A stretch of DNA of 38,903 nt from Bdellovibrionota bacterium (GTDB lineage Bacteria; Bdellovibrionota_C; UBA2361; OMIW01): the NCBI GenBank assembly GCA_044345055.1, contig JBIJBT010000019.1:1-38903 (forward strand). Reading direction: 5' to 3'. Both the position numbers and the translations under genes were made by a program. The notes under the pieces are model-generated. The model did no database searches. It was not told the DNA's origin and worked only from the letters and a program-made list of their open reading frames with translations. Below, in pieces: positions 1 to 8,891 of this stretch (the stretch's first letter is position 1; each line of letters begins with the position of its first letter).

Positions 1-161
1 CTCTATTGGATGATTCGCCTTACAATCATCTTGATATTATTCAAAAAATAGTGAACACCCTGTTTTGTTAGTCGACAGCTGAGGGGAAAACCTTGAGAAA
101 TTTCGTCTCGCCGAGCTGTTATTTCATTGACCACTACATTTAGCTTTCTTAACCGGACGTT

Positions 162-1532
162 TTACGCCGATGCGGCTCCTGATTCCAGAGAGTTAAGCAG
201 CTGCTGCACACGGCGGAGTTCGGATAGGGACTGAAAAGATCGATATTCGGGTAGGCTAAACAAATTTTCGGTGAGGGCTGATTGGTCTACCGTATCCCGT
301 TCGATCTCTTCTATTAGGGTTGTCGGTACGCGAGGCGGTTTGTGCTCTAATCCGGCGATAAGTGCGCTCACTGTGGACTCCGGTGGTGTTGAAGGAAGCT
401 CAACCTGAGTCGCTCGGAACCGTGAAACACGACGAGCAAGTTGCCGTGTGCTGAATAGTTCGTGAAGGCCGGCAGCATAAAATCGCTGACAACCGAACGT
501 TTTCAATCCTTCGTGCGGATCTATTCCTACCTCTGTGAGCGCCTCAACACCAATTCGTATGGTTCCCGAAACGAAACGAGCAATTTCTTGAACTTGCTCG
601 AGATCTCGCCAATCGCGGCTAAAATGAACAATCGCAGCGTTTATGAGGAGCGTTACCTCAGCATCAAGTTCGGTCGTATCGGCTTCACCTCCGATGAGCT
701 GTTCGACAAGCGGAGCGGGAAGGGATGCTGTCGCAAGAAGAGGCGCTATCGGCTCTATCGTTGCGTGGTCTATCGCCGGGGCCGGGGTAGCTGCAGCGAG
801 CTCTAAGGCTGAAACAGGGGTGTTCAAAGCTGCGGCGAAATCTGTATCGGGAATACCAAGGCTCTGCATCCGTTTTCCGCGGTCCTGAAACGCTTCCTCC
901 TCAAGCTGAGAAGGGGTCGCTAACGAGGGAATCGCGAGGATCTGATAAAAGAGCTCTGCCGATGTATCAAATACGAGCGCAAGGAGCCGTTGTAGCAGAA
1001 ACTCTTGATGGGAACTGAGCCTCTCTCCATCCTCATCAACCAGCTCTTCATTGACCCCAACCCTCAGCCAGGTATACCCCTTATCAGGAGTCACAAATCC
1101 ATCTTCAGGGGGTGCTTCGGTTGATTCGTCAAAAATCCTAACCGAGATGTAGCGTGAAATAAGGATTGCGAGTAAACGAAGATCAAGGGAGCGTAGTACT
1201 CGTTGGAGAGAGCTCAGTTCTCCAGTACTATCGGGTAGCTCAAGCCACTCGAAAAAGGGCGTCAGAGCGAGGCGATCCTCGCTCCAGAGATCAAAATCAA
1301 GGCAAGAGCGGAGCTGCTCTGCAGAAAATAGCTCTATTAGATCGGCTGAGCTGGATATTCCATCAGTGCGAAGAATGCAGTAAAGCGCCTCTGCAGGTAG
1401 GGTTGCGACCACACTCTCTGGCGAGTCTGCTGCGAATATCTCCCGAGCGAGAGCTTTCGCTGATGAGCGTTGATACGAGGAATGGCGAAGGGGTTCGGTT
1501 GTTTGAAGAGGGGATTCCATATCGTACTTCAT
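162..1532 (-). CDS. DUF6178-like uncharacterised protein
   Basis: Long ORF. The N-terminal segment 'LPAEALY...DLIEL.S.EQL...LDFDLW..DRL...FEWL' and 'LEEEAFQDRGKRMQSLGIPD' resemble DUF6178 proteins. Start moved to ATG 1532, which is preceded by GGGAG. Confidence 0.6.
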   Translation of the reverse strand: MKYDMESPLQTTEPLRHSSYQRSSAKALAREIFAADSPESVVATLPAEALYCILRTDGISSSADLIELFSAEQLRSCLDFDLWSEDRLALTPFFEWLELPDSTGELSSLQRVLRSLDLRLLAILISRYISVRIFDESTEAPPEDGFVTPDKGYTWLRVGVNEELVDEDGERLSSHQEFLLQRLLALVFDTSAELFYQILAIPSLATPSQLEEEAFQDRGKRMQSLGIPDTDFAAALNTPVSALELAAATPAPAIDHATIEPIAPLLATASLPAPLVEQLIGGEADTTELDAEVTLLINAAIVHFSRDWRDLEQVQEIARFVSGTIRIGVEALTEVGIDPHEGLKTFGCQRFYAAGLHELFSTRQLARRVSRFRATQVELPSTPPESTVSALIAGLEHKPPRVPTTLIEEIERDTVDQSALTENLFSLPEYRSFQSLSELRRVQQLLNSLESGAASA

Positions 1533-1640
1533 TGCTCCCGCTATCACCTGCTTCCGTTAATTCCTCCGCACAATCCTCTTTTTCTCTCGCTACTCGATCC
1601 GTAGAGACGCTTCGCCGAGAGCGAAAAAAGAAGTGCTGGA

Positions 1641-1669
1641 GGCTCGAGAACGCGCTTTGTTCTCGAGCC
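1641..1669 (-). terminator. Stem-loop just downstream of infC, probable terminator or stabiliser
   Basis: Perfect 11-bp inverted repeat GGCTCGAGAAC/GTTCTCGAGCC, 5 nt after the infC stop. A U-rich stretch follows a few nt later on the minus strand. Confidence 0.5.
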
Positions 1670-1674
1670 GCTCG

Positions 1675-2253
1675 CTACTTGGGCTTCGCCGGAGCGAGTA
1701 CCATATGAATACTTCGGCCCGCGAGAGGGCTTTTTTCTTCTATTTGAGCGATATCGGAGAGCCGTTGACTGATAACTTCGAACTTCTCCTGACCTAGAGA
1801 GAGATACATAGCCTCACGGCCCTTGAAGCGCATGAGAAACTTAACTTTTTCTCCCTCTTGAAGGAACTCTCGAGCATGCTTTAATTTTGTCTCGAGGTCT
1901 CCAACATCGGTGCGGTATCGCAGCCGAATCTCCTTAACGGTTGCCTCGGTGCGCTTTTTACGCGCTTCTGCTTCTTTCTTTTGCTCTCGATACTTAAACT
2001 TTCCGTAATCCATGATGCGGCAGACGGGCGGCTTAGCCTCGGGCGCTACCTCAACTAGATCGAGTTCTTTGCTTTCAGCGAGATCTACCGCATCGCGAAT
2101 TGGGAAAATACCGAGCTGGCCTCCCTCCTCATCGATAACTCGAACTTCTCGCGCAAGGATTCGATTGTTGATGCGATGGGTATCGGGGGTGGGAAGAGGG
2201 CGAGCTCTTCCTGTTCTGCTCGGGCGCGGTCCGGCTGGTCTAAACGTAGTCAA
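1675..2253 (-). CDS. infC: Translation initiation factor IF-3
   Basis: Signature motifs 'RINNRI...VRVID', 'LDLVEVAP.AKPPVCRIMDYGKFKY', 'KEIRLR', 'KVKF.MRFKGRE'. The start is probably the in-frame TTG at 2253, 6 nt after SD AAGGGAG, rather than the ORF-track start at 2376. Confidence 0.95.
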   Translation of the reverse strand: MTTFRPAGPRPSRTGRARPLPTPDTHRINNRILAREVRVIDEEGGQLGIFPIRDAVDLAESKELDLVEVAPEAKPPVCRIMDYGKFKYREQKKEAEARKKRTEATVKEIRLRYRTDVGDLETKLKHAREFLQEGEKVKFLMRFKGREAMYLSLGQEKFEVISQRLSDIAQIEEKSPLAGRSIHMVLAPAKPK

Positions 2254-2399
2254 AAATAACTCCCTTCTGAAGTGGTATGTCGGGCGCAGGCCAATCGACA
2301 TTGGCGCTCCCCTCGGTGGTTGGTAGTCCGTAATCTCTCGATAGAAGATTGCTTTGAAAGAGCTTTGCTCAAGCACCTACCCAAACTTTTGCACCCTCC

Positions 2400-2428
2400 T
2401 TTTTAAGAGCGACGAGGAAAAAAGTCAA
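2400..2428 (-). promoter_or_regulatory. Putative sigma70 promoter for infC
   Basis: Minus strand TTGACT-N17-TAAAAA. Confidence 0.45.
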
Positions 2429-2487
2429 ATTATTTTTCGTTTTTCGTGAGGAAAAGGATCTAGCTGGTTGGTGAACTGGAGCAGGAA

Positions 2488-2517
2488 TTGACACTCTTTG
2501 CATAGGTGCGCAAGACT
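2488..2517 (+). promoter_or_regulatory. Putative sigma70 promoter for the riboswitch-btuB-btuF transcript
   Basis: Perfect -35 TTGACA (2488-2493), N18, weak -10 AAGACT. The implied start (~2523) coincides with the 5' strand of riboswitch P1. Confidence 0.5.
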
Positions 2518-2523
2518 CCCGCC

Positions 2524-2761
2524 GAATACCTCAGGGAAGTACGGTGACAATCCGTCGCGGTCCCGCCGCTGTGAGGTTGGATGAGAACGCTGCAGTTTTT
2601 TGGGAAAGTCTCCGCGGGGAGGCGACCTAAATTTTAGTGCTTATGTCACTGGCTGTAATGGCTGGGAAGACAATGCTGCAGAGGTGTCAGGGCAAAAATG
2701 TCAGTAATTTGACTTTTTTGTGCCGGAAAACACGTCCGATCAAGCCAGAAGACCTGGTATT
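2524..2761 (+). promoter_or_regulatory. Cobalamin (AdoCbl-type) riboswitch
   Basis: Conserved blocks AGGGAA-N4-GGTGACAATCC, CGGTCCCGCCGCTGT, CACTG...GGGAAG and the B12 box AGCCAGAAGACCTG. Closing helix AATACC/GGTATT. Lies directly upstream of btuB. Confidence 0.93.
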
Positions 2762-2866
2762 TACCCGCCTTTTTGCTCTGTTTTATCTGCTGCAAATAGG
2801 CGTGGCGTCTACCGTCGCCCTCGTGGATTGGGGCTGCGTAATCACTCAATCGGATCGGAAAATATC

Positions 2867-4819
2867 ATGAATGGTCGGGCTATTCAGCACGTTGGGGCGA
2901 CCTGCGCCCTTTTTGCGAGTATGTTTTTTTGTGGTGGTGCAGTTGCTCAGGACGCGGCTGATGTTGAGGAATCTCTTCCTAAGATCATAATTCAGGGAAA
3001 TAGGCTAAAAGGAACGGTAAAAGATATCGGGGCTGCTGTTACGGTGATCAGCGAAAAGGAGATAGCGGAATCGGGGGCCGTTACCGTTCCGGAGATTTTG
3101 CGACGACAGCCTGGTGTTGATGTTGTCCAGAGTGGTCCAACTGGGGGAAATGTATCTGTGTTTTTAAGGGGAGCCAACTCGGAACATACCCTTATCGTGG
3201 TCGACGGTATTTTGATGAATAATCCAGTCACCCCAACCCGTATATTTGATCTCGGCACGATGACTCTCGACCTTGTCGATCATATCGAGATCATCAGAGG
3301 CCCTCAAAGCAGTTTGTACGGCTCTGATGCGCTGGGTGGAGTTATCTCGATCGTTACCAAGCGGGGGCGCGGAGCTATGTCTTCGTCGATTCAGCTCGAG
3401 GGGGGAAGTTTTGGGACTGGCAAAGCTCTTGCGTCTGTTTCGGGATCGGAAGGGGATATCGATCTGAGTCTTTCCGCATCACGCTCTCACACTGATGGAG
3501 TTTCAGCGGCGAGTGTTCAGGATGGTAATCGTGAAAAAGATGGAAACGATATCACCACGGTTGCTGGGCAGGTTGGATACGCTTTTTCCGATCAGCTTTC
3601 AGTGCGAAGCACACTTCGGCTCAATGAGTCGGCGACAGAGATCGATAATTTTGGCGGTGTCGGAGGGGATGATCCAAATCGAGAGGTTGATAATCGCACG
3701 ATTGCAGCTGGTGTAGTTGTCGAGGGTTCAACGAGTGACGAGATGATTCGCCCATCTGTTGGGTTTACCATTTCAGATCATCAACTCGACGACAACAACG
3801 ATCCCGATCTCGACCATCCCATCGATTCGTTGCAGAGCAATTACGATGGAACCTTGATGAAGGGGTATACGACGATCCAGATTGAGCCTAATGAAAGGAT
3901 TTCGTCTCTTATCGGATTCGAAGCGATCGAAGAAACAGCCTCATCGAGCTATCGTTCCGTTTCCTTTTTTGGTCCGTATGATGAGGACCTTCCTGAGAAA
4001 TCGGCCCGCACAAATGGTGGATTCATTCAGCTTCGCGGGAAGCCGTTTGGAGGCTTCGTGCTTGAGGGTTCAGCACGAGTTGATGACAATCAGAGGTTCG
4101 ACAGGCGAGCGACCTGGCGAGTAACCCCGCAGTACCTTTTCGAGGATTCAGGCACAACACTTCGTGCGAATGTAGGAACAGGCTATAAAGCTCCTTCGCT
4201 CTATCAGATTTTTTCCCCGTATGGAGAAAGAGATTTGATGCCAGAACGAAGCACTGGATGGGATCTTGGTATCGACCAAACATTCTGCGAAGGAGAGTTT
4301 CAGATCGGGGCAAACTACTTTCAAAACAAGCTTTCGAATCTCATCAACTTTGATCCGACGACCTTTCGATTCCAGAATATCGCTGAGGCAAAAACAAAGG
4401 GGGTGGAGGTGTCGTCACAGTGGTCGCCAATGCAGTGGGAGTCGCTGCGCGGATTTGCGCTCTCGAGCTCGTACACCTACACCGATCCAACTGATGCGGT
4501 CACAGGGCAACAGCTTTTAAGAAGAGTGCGCAATAAAGCCGACTTTAGCGCATCGTATCGATGGGGTGAGCGGTACACAGCGCTCGCAGGATACACGGTG
4601 GTCGGTCGTCGAGTTGATCTTGATTTTAGTGGTGCTGCTCCCTCGCGCGAATATCTTGGCGGGTATGGATTAGCTCGTCTCGGTTTAAGTGCAAATGTTA
4701 CCAAATCACTTACCGCGAGCCTTCATCTAAACAACCTATTCGATAAAACCTATGAGGAGGTGAACGGGTATGGGACCTTCGGTCGAGGGGTATTCGGCGG
4801 GGTGCAGTATCAGTTTTAG
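2867..4819 (+). CDS. btuB: TonB-dependent cobalamin receptor
   Basis: Signal peptide, plug motifs 'LRGANSEHTLIVVDG' and 'IEIIRGPQSSLYGSDALGGVISI', C-terminal Phe ('GVQYQF'), upstream B12 riboswitch. Start set at ATG 2867 because the ORF-track extension overlaps the riboswitch. Confidence 0.88.
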   Translation: MNGRAIQHVGATCALFASMFFCGGAVAQDAADVEESLPKIIIQGNRLKGTVKDIGAAVTVISEKEIAESGAVTVPEILRRQPGVDVVQSGPTGGNVSVFLRGANSEHTLIVVDGILMNNPVTPTRIFDLGTMTLDLVDHIEIIRGPQSSLYGSDALGGVISIVTKRGRGAMSSSIQLEGGSFGTGKALASVSGSEGDIDLSLSASRSHTDGVSAASVQDGNREKDGNDITTVAGQVGYAFSDQLSVRSTLRLNESATEIDNFGGVGGDDPNREVDNRTIAAGVVVEGSTSDEMIRPSVGFTISDHQLDDNNDPDLDHPIDSLQSNYDGTLMKGYTTIQIEPNERISSLIGFEAIEETASSSYRSVSFFGPYDEDLPEKSARTNGGFIQLRGKPFGGFVLEGSARVDDNQRFDRRATWRVTPQYLFEDSGTTLRANVGTGYKAPSLYQIFSPYGERDLMPERSTGWDLGIDQTFCEGEFQIGANYFQNKLSNLINFDPTTFRFQNIAEAKTKGVEVSSQWSPMQWESLRGFALSSSYTYTDPTDAVTGQQLLRRVRNKADFSASYRWGERYTALAGYTVVGRRVDLDFSGAAPSREYLGGYGLARLGLSANVTKSLTASLHLNNLFDKTYEEVNGYGTFGRGVFGGVQYQF

Positions 4820-4825
4820 CGACTG

Positions 4826-5779
4826 TTGATCGAAGAGGCGCGAGTGGTTCGGTATTGCTGTGGTGTTATTCTCCTTCTTGGCGCATTACTCTGCGCGCCC
4901 CGTGTAGCTGTTGCAGAGGCTCTCGAGAACGAGGGTTCCTCTCTTACGGTTCGCGACCAAGAGAAGATATCTTCTCACCGCTGCTCCCGTATCGTATCGC
5001 TTGCTCCGAGTCTCACCGAACTTTCCTTCGCGCTAGGTCTTGGTCCGAATGTCGTAGGTGTAACTGCGTACGATCGCTATCCCCCTGAGGTCGCCACCGT
5101 TCCATCGATCGGTGGTGGCCTCAATCCATCGATCGAGCGCATCGTATCGCTTCGCCCGACGATGGTGCTTGCTCTTGCCGAGATGGCCTCCACTGTCGAA
5201 CAGCTCGCCGCCATTGGCCTAACCACCCTTGTCGTTGATCACCGGAGCGTATCGGGAATCCTTGCTTCTTTCACGGCGCTCGGAGCTCAATGCGGAAAAG
5301 AAGATTCCGCTGCGCAGTTGCGACAAGATCGGGAGCGCCGCATCGAAGAGGTTCGCGCCCGAGCTCTCGGTCGGGGAGTGCGGGTTTTGGTGACGATTAT
5401 TTCCGCCGATTCTCTCACCGATCCCTCCCGAGTCCATCTCTCCGGAGCCGATGGATTTTACGCAGAGCTAGTAAAAATAACGGGCGCAACGCCGATTTTC
5501 GAAAGACCCACAGTATCCCTATCAGGCCTCTCCCTAGAAAGCATCATAGCCGCCCGACCAGAGGTGATTTTTGAAATTGCTGACAGAAAGCTCAGCGAGG
5601 AAGAGGTGGAAAAGAGGCGAAGATGGTGGGAGGAGTGGTTGGAGCGTGGGGGGAATGGGAATGGGAGGGGTGGGTATGGGGGTGTCAATATTGTGGTTGT
5701 GGATTCGGAGTACGCGGTTATACCGGGGCCGAGATTTATTGAGGTGTTGGGTGATATGGAGCGGGGGGTCGGGGGGTGA
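4826..5779 (+). CDS. btuF: Periplasmic cobalamin-binding protein (helical-backbone metal receptor family)
   Basis: 'RIVSLAPSLTEL.FALG.G..VVGVT.Y..YP', 'SIERIVSLRP', 'PGPRF'; signal peptide; 6 nt downstream of btuB. Confidence 0.85.
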   Translation: MIEEARVVRYCCGVILLLGALLCAPRVAVAEALENEGSSLTVRDQEKISSHRCSRIVSLAPSLTELSFALGLGPNVVGVTAYDRYPPEVATVPSIGGGLNPSIERIVSLRPTMVLALAEMASTVEQLAAIGLTTLVVDHRSVSGILASFTALGAQCGKEDSAAQLRQDRERRIEEVRARALGRGVRVLVTIISADSLTDPSRVHLSGADGFYAELVKITGATPIFERPTVSLSGLSLESIIAARPEVIFEIADRKLSEEEVEKRRRWWEEWLERGGNGNGRGGYGGVNIVVVDSEYAVIPGPRFIEVLGDMERGVGG

Positions 5780-6037
5780 AAAAAAGATGAGTATAAAAAC
5801 TTCGATATTATTCATAGCAACTCCCTAAAAAGCTTCCAAATTATTCCTGAACGCTTTAAGAATGCTGGCTGAAGCTGATCGGTTGGCAGTCGAGTAGCGG
5901 GGGGATTTTGAAAAAAATTAAAATCGAGATTTACGATGCCCTAAAATTGAGGCACGTTGAGTGCCGGAATCCTCATAACTTGGAAAGCGTAGGCTGAATC
6001 CGAGCGAGCACAACCGTTTTGATTACAAAGGTAGATC

Positions 6038-7267
6038 ATGCCAGCAGGTACCACATTAGAACGAACACCTGAAGTGAAGACTAGCACATTAGAAAATGGT
6101 GGTGGGGCGCTTCCATCAGCAGAACCACCTCGTACTACAGAGAGTGCCGGGGCTAACAATATTCGTCCTACTACCGTCGAGCAAGTTCGTGCTATCCGTA
6201 TACAATACGATAACCCCGTTCGCCTTGGAATGAGGGATCTCGCTAAAGAAGGGAAAGAGCAGACGATTGGTGGAGTTACGATAACCTTTTCAGAGAGCGG
6301 GCCCGAGAATAAAAAGGCTCCGGAGGGGTTTGTTTTTGCAAATTTCAAGAGTAACGGGGCCAACGGAAAGGAGGCGGAGGCAACGGTTCTTCTTCACAAA
6401 GCATCTGGCGACTTGGCTAAGCTCAACAAAGAAGGGTCAACGGTATCTATCTCTGCCTTCGAACAAATGGCGATCAATCCTTTCTTTTCAAAGATGAGAG
6501 AAGGGCTAAATGATCTGGAAGTACAGCGAGCTAAACAGCTATCGACTAAGGTTTCGGAAAGCCTTCAGCCAGTGAAGGATGGTAAGGCGCCTCATCTGGC
6601 GAAGCTCGCGAAGGAGGTGGGTGCCCAGGGCGGTAGCGTTAACGCTGGCGGGGTGACGGTGCGCAGCGAGGAGCCTTCGAAGGAGGGGGCAAAGGGTGCG
6701 ATCGCTAAACCGGAAGCGGTGCCGGCCGGCCATCATCGTCTGACTATTGAGGTTCGGCCAAGTTCGCAGGTAGGATCGACTCCGGAAACTCCTAGGGTGC
6801 TATCACTCGTTGTTGATGACAAGGATGGAACAGTTCAAGCTTCCACGATAGGTGGTAAGACGGCTCCCGAGCAACAGGTGAATAAATTTCTGCTTGACGC
6901 TCAGAATGCTGCGAAGCTAGCTCCAAAAGCGAATGTCCCAGCTAGCGCGTCTCCAGAGTCCGATCTAATTAAGTTTCTTGGCGCCTGTGGAAAGTTTGCA
7001 AATGAATCGGCGCGTGATGGGTCCTACAGTCAGAAATTGAATGGTGGAACGTTAAATATTTCAAAAATTGGCCCAAATAACGAAAAAGCGCAACCGGGAA
7101 GGTGGTTCTTTTCCTTCAAAAAACCGTCCGGAGAAGCTATGGTTGCTGATATCGGCGCAGACGGCGATGTTAAAAGAATGTGGAACGACAAGGTACCTAT
7201 TACGGTAGACACAAAGAACCTTTACAGCTTCGCGCAAGCAGTTTGGCATCCGCAAGAGCAGAAGTAG
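6038..7267 (+). CDS. Hypothetical protein with a disordered N-terminal tail and three divergent ~95-110 aa repeats
   Basis: 409-aa ORF with ATG after AAAGG and a downstream hairpin. No recognisable family. Internal repeats are visible by eye. Confidence 0.75.
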   Translation: MPAGTTLERTPEVKTSTLENGGGALPSAEPPRTTESAGANNIRPTTVEQVRAIRIQYDNPVRLGMRDLAKEGKEQTIGGVTITFSESGPENKKAPEGFVFANFKSNGANGKEAEATVLLHKASGDLAKLNKEGSTVSISAFEQMAINPFFSKMREGLNDLEVQRAKQLSTKVSESLQPVKDGKAPHLAKLAKEVGAQGGSVNAGGVTVRSEEPSKEGAKGAIAKPEAVPAGHHRLTIEVRPSSQVGSTPETPRVLSLVVDDKDGTVQASTIGGKTAPEQQVNKFLLDAQNAAKLAPKANVPASASPESDLIKFLGACGKFANESARDGSYSQKLNGGTLNISKIGPNNEKAQPGRWFFSFKKPSGEAMVADIGADGDVKRMWNDKVPITVDTKNLYSFAQAVWHPQEQK

Positions 7268-7284
7268 AACCGAGGGCGCAAATA

Positions 7285-7317
7285 CGAGGAGTCGTTAACG
7301 CCCGTTAGGGCTCCTCG
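7285..7317. terminator. Stem-loop between convergent genes
   Basis: CGAGGAG...CTCCTCG outer stem with inner TAACG/CGTTA pairing. Confidence 0.45.
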
Positions 7318-7371
7318 GATTCGATGGAAGTTGGGGGCGGCTTTTAATGCAGACAAGTTGAGCAGGATTTT

Positions 7372-7920
7372 TTAAGACCTCTTTATCAGTTCAGCCACCC
7401 ATTCCACCCGCTCCTCAACACTCCCCTTCCAAACCTCCCGAACCCGATACCCAACCTCCTCATACGCTCGCACCAACATTTCATGAAACCGGCACGTCGC
7501 CTCGAAGGTCATCTTTCGCTCATCGTCGGTACAGTAGATCTCTTCCCACGGCGGAAAAATAACTACCTCGTCGTCGTATCGATACCGCATACTCGCGGTG
7601 ATGCCATGAGGGAGGGATAATCCTGCGAGTTGGGCGTAGGCGATGCAGTCGGGGATGGCTCTGTCAAATACGGTTAAGGTCGGTGAGGCGAGAGAGTGAT
7701 TTTTGATTGAACGCGATAAGAGGAGCTCGATAAAAAGCGAGGTATCCCGCTCCCATACGCCCTGGCCCTCAATCGCCCGCTGCTCCGCGATTATCTCGCG
7801 CGCAGGCTCGTCGATACAGGCGATTCCAAGTTTGCGAAGGTGGTTGATTACGGTTGTTTTTCCAGTGCCGGGGGCACCAGAAAATACTAGCCGTCTCTGG
7901 GTAGTATGTTGCTCGGGCAT
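7372..7920 (-). CDS. Predicted ATPase, AAA_28 / NadR-Ttd14-like P-loop family
   Basis: Walker A 'SGAPGTGKTT', 'EPAREII', 'FDRAIPD..AY', 'PPWEEIY..D.ER'. Confidence 0.8.
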   Translation of the reverse strand: MPEQHTTQRRLVFSGAPGTGKTTVINHLRKLGIACIDEPAREIIAEQRAIEGQGVWERDTSLFIELLLSRSIKNHSLASPTLTVFDRAIPDCIAYAQLAGLSLPHGITASMRYRYDDEVVIFPPWEEIYCTDDERKMTFEATCRFHEMLVRAYEEVGYRVREVWKGSVEERVEWVAELIKRS

Positions 7921-7926
7921 CTAAGA

Positions 7927-8832
7927 CTACCGCGGACTATCCACCGTATGCTTCCACGCATGATACGAGCTTCGCACCAGTGGGCCTGATTCGACGAATG
8001 AGAAGCCTTTTGCAAGGCCAGCCTCTTCATATTCTTTAAACTCTTCGGGAGTGATGAACTCTTTCACCGGAAGTTGGCGCTCAGAGGGGCGTAGGTATTG
8101 ACCTATCGTCATAATATCGACGTTCGAGGCGCGCAGGTCATCCATTAGTGCGAATACTTCCTCTTTGGTTTCGCCGAGGCCGACCATGATGCCCGATTTC
8201 GTTAGTGCCGAGGGGGCAAGCTCTTTGGCTGTTTTAAGGATCGTTAATGATCTAATGTAGCCAGCTCCCGGGCGGACTTTTCGGTAAAGGCGAGGGACGG
8301 TTTCAACGTTGTGGTTCAGAACGTCTATACCCGATTTCATGATGATCGCGAGATCTTCGAGGTTGCCTTGAAGATCGGGAATAAGGAGCTCGACTCGACA
8401 ATCGGGGGCGTGATGGTGGATTGCAGCGACCGTTTGGGCGAAGTGATCGGCTCCATTGTTTGGCTGGTCGTCACGATCGACCGAGGTGATAACGGCGTGC
8501 TTGAGTTTTAGGTCCCGAACGGCGCGGCCGACCCGTTCGGGTTCGTTTGGATCGAGGGGTTGGAGCGTTTCTTCTGAGCCTTTCTTTACCGAACAGAAAT
8601 GGCACTTTCGGGTGCACAGATCTCCCATGATCATGAAGGTCGCGGTCGCGTGGGACCAGCACTCACCGATATTTGGGCAACGGGCCTCTTCGCATACCGT
8701 ATGGAGGCGAAGTCCCTTAACGATATTGTGGGTCGCGAGGTACTCGGGCGAGCCTGGGGCCTTAACCTTGAGCCACGGGGGCTTTCGGGTTGACGGCCCA
8801 TTCTTCGTTGATTTTCCGGCCTCTATTGGCAT
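7927..8832 (-). CDS. lipA: Lipoyl synthase
   Basis: CX4CX5C ('CEEARCPNIGEC'), radical-SAM CX3CX2C ('CTRKCHFC') and C-terminal 'RSSY'. Confidence 0.97.
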   Translation of the reverse strand: MPIEAGKSTKNGPSTRKPPWLKVKAPGSPEYLATHNIVKGLRLHTVCEEARCPNIGECWSHATATFMIMGDLCTRKCHFCSVKKGSEETLQPLDPNEPERVGRAVRDLKLKHAVITSVDRDDQPNNGADHFAQTVAAIHHHAPDCRVELLIPDLQGNLEDLAIIMKSGIDVLNHNVETVPRLYRKVRPGAGYIRSLTILKTAKELAPSALTKSGIMVGLGETKEEVFALMDDLRASNVDIMTIGQYLRPSERQLPVKEFITPEEFKEYEEAGLAKGFSFVESGPLVRSSYHAWKHTVDSPR

Positions 8833-8891
8833 GGTGAATGTTCCTTACAGCTTGACAGAGAGGTGGTCCGAGCGCGCCCCCTTCTGCAACG

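Noticed and set aside
450..460. GCTGAATAGTT, identical to the MITE right end
   Set aside because: Inside an intact CDS (encodes part of ELFST), with no partner end or target duplication; probably chance.
2254..2376. 41-codon N-terminal extension of infC in the ORF track
   Set aside because: Not IF-3-like, and a good SD sits just before TTG 2253; treated as leader.
2637..2870. Short ORFs and the btuB extension from 2720
   Set aside because: They overlap the conserved riboswitch; the signal peptide begins at ATG 2867.
5941..5970. TAAA...GCCGGAAT resembling a sigma28 promoter before the repeat protein
   Set aside because: Spacing is 16-17 nt rather than ~15 and the -10 is imperfect; not supportable.
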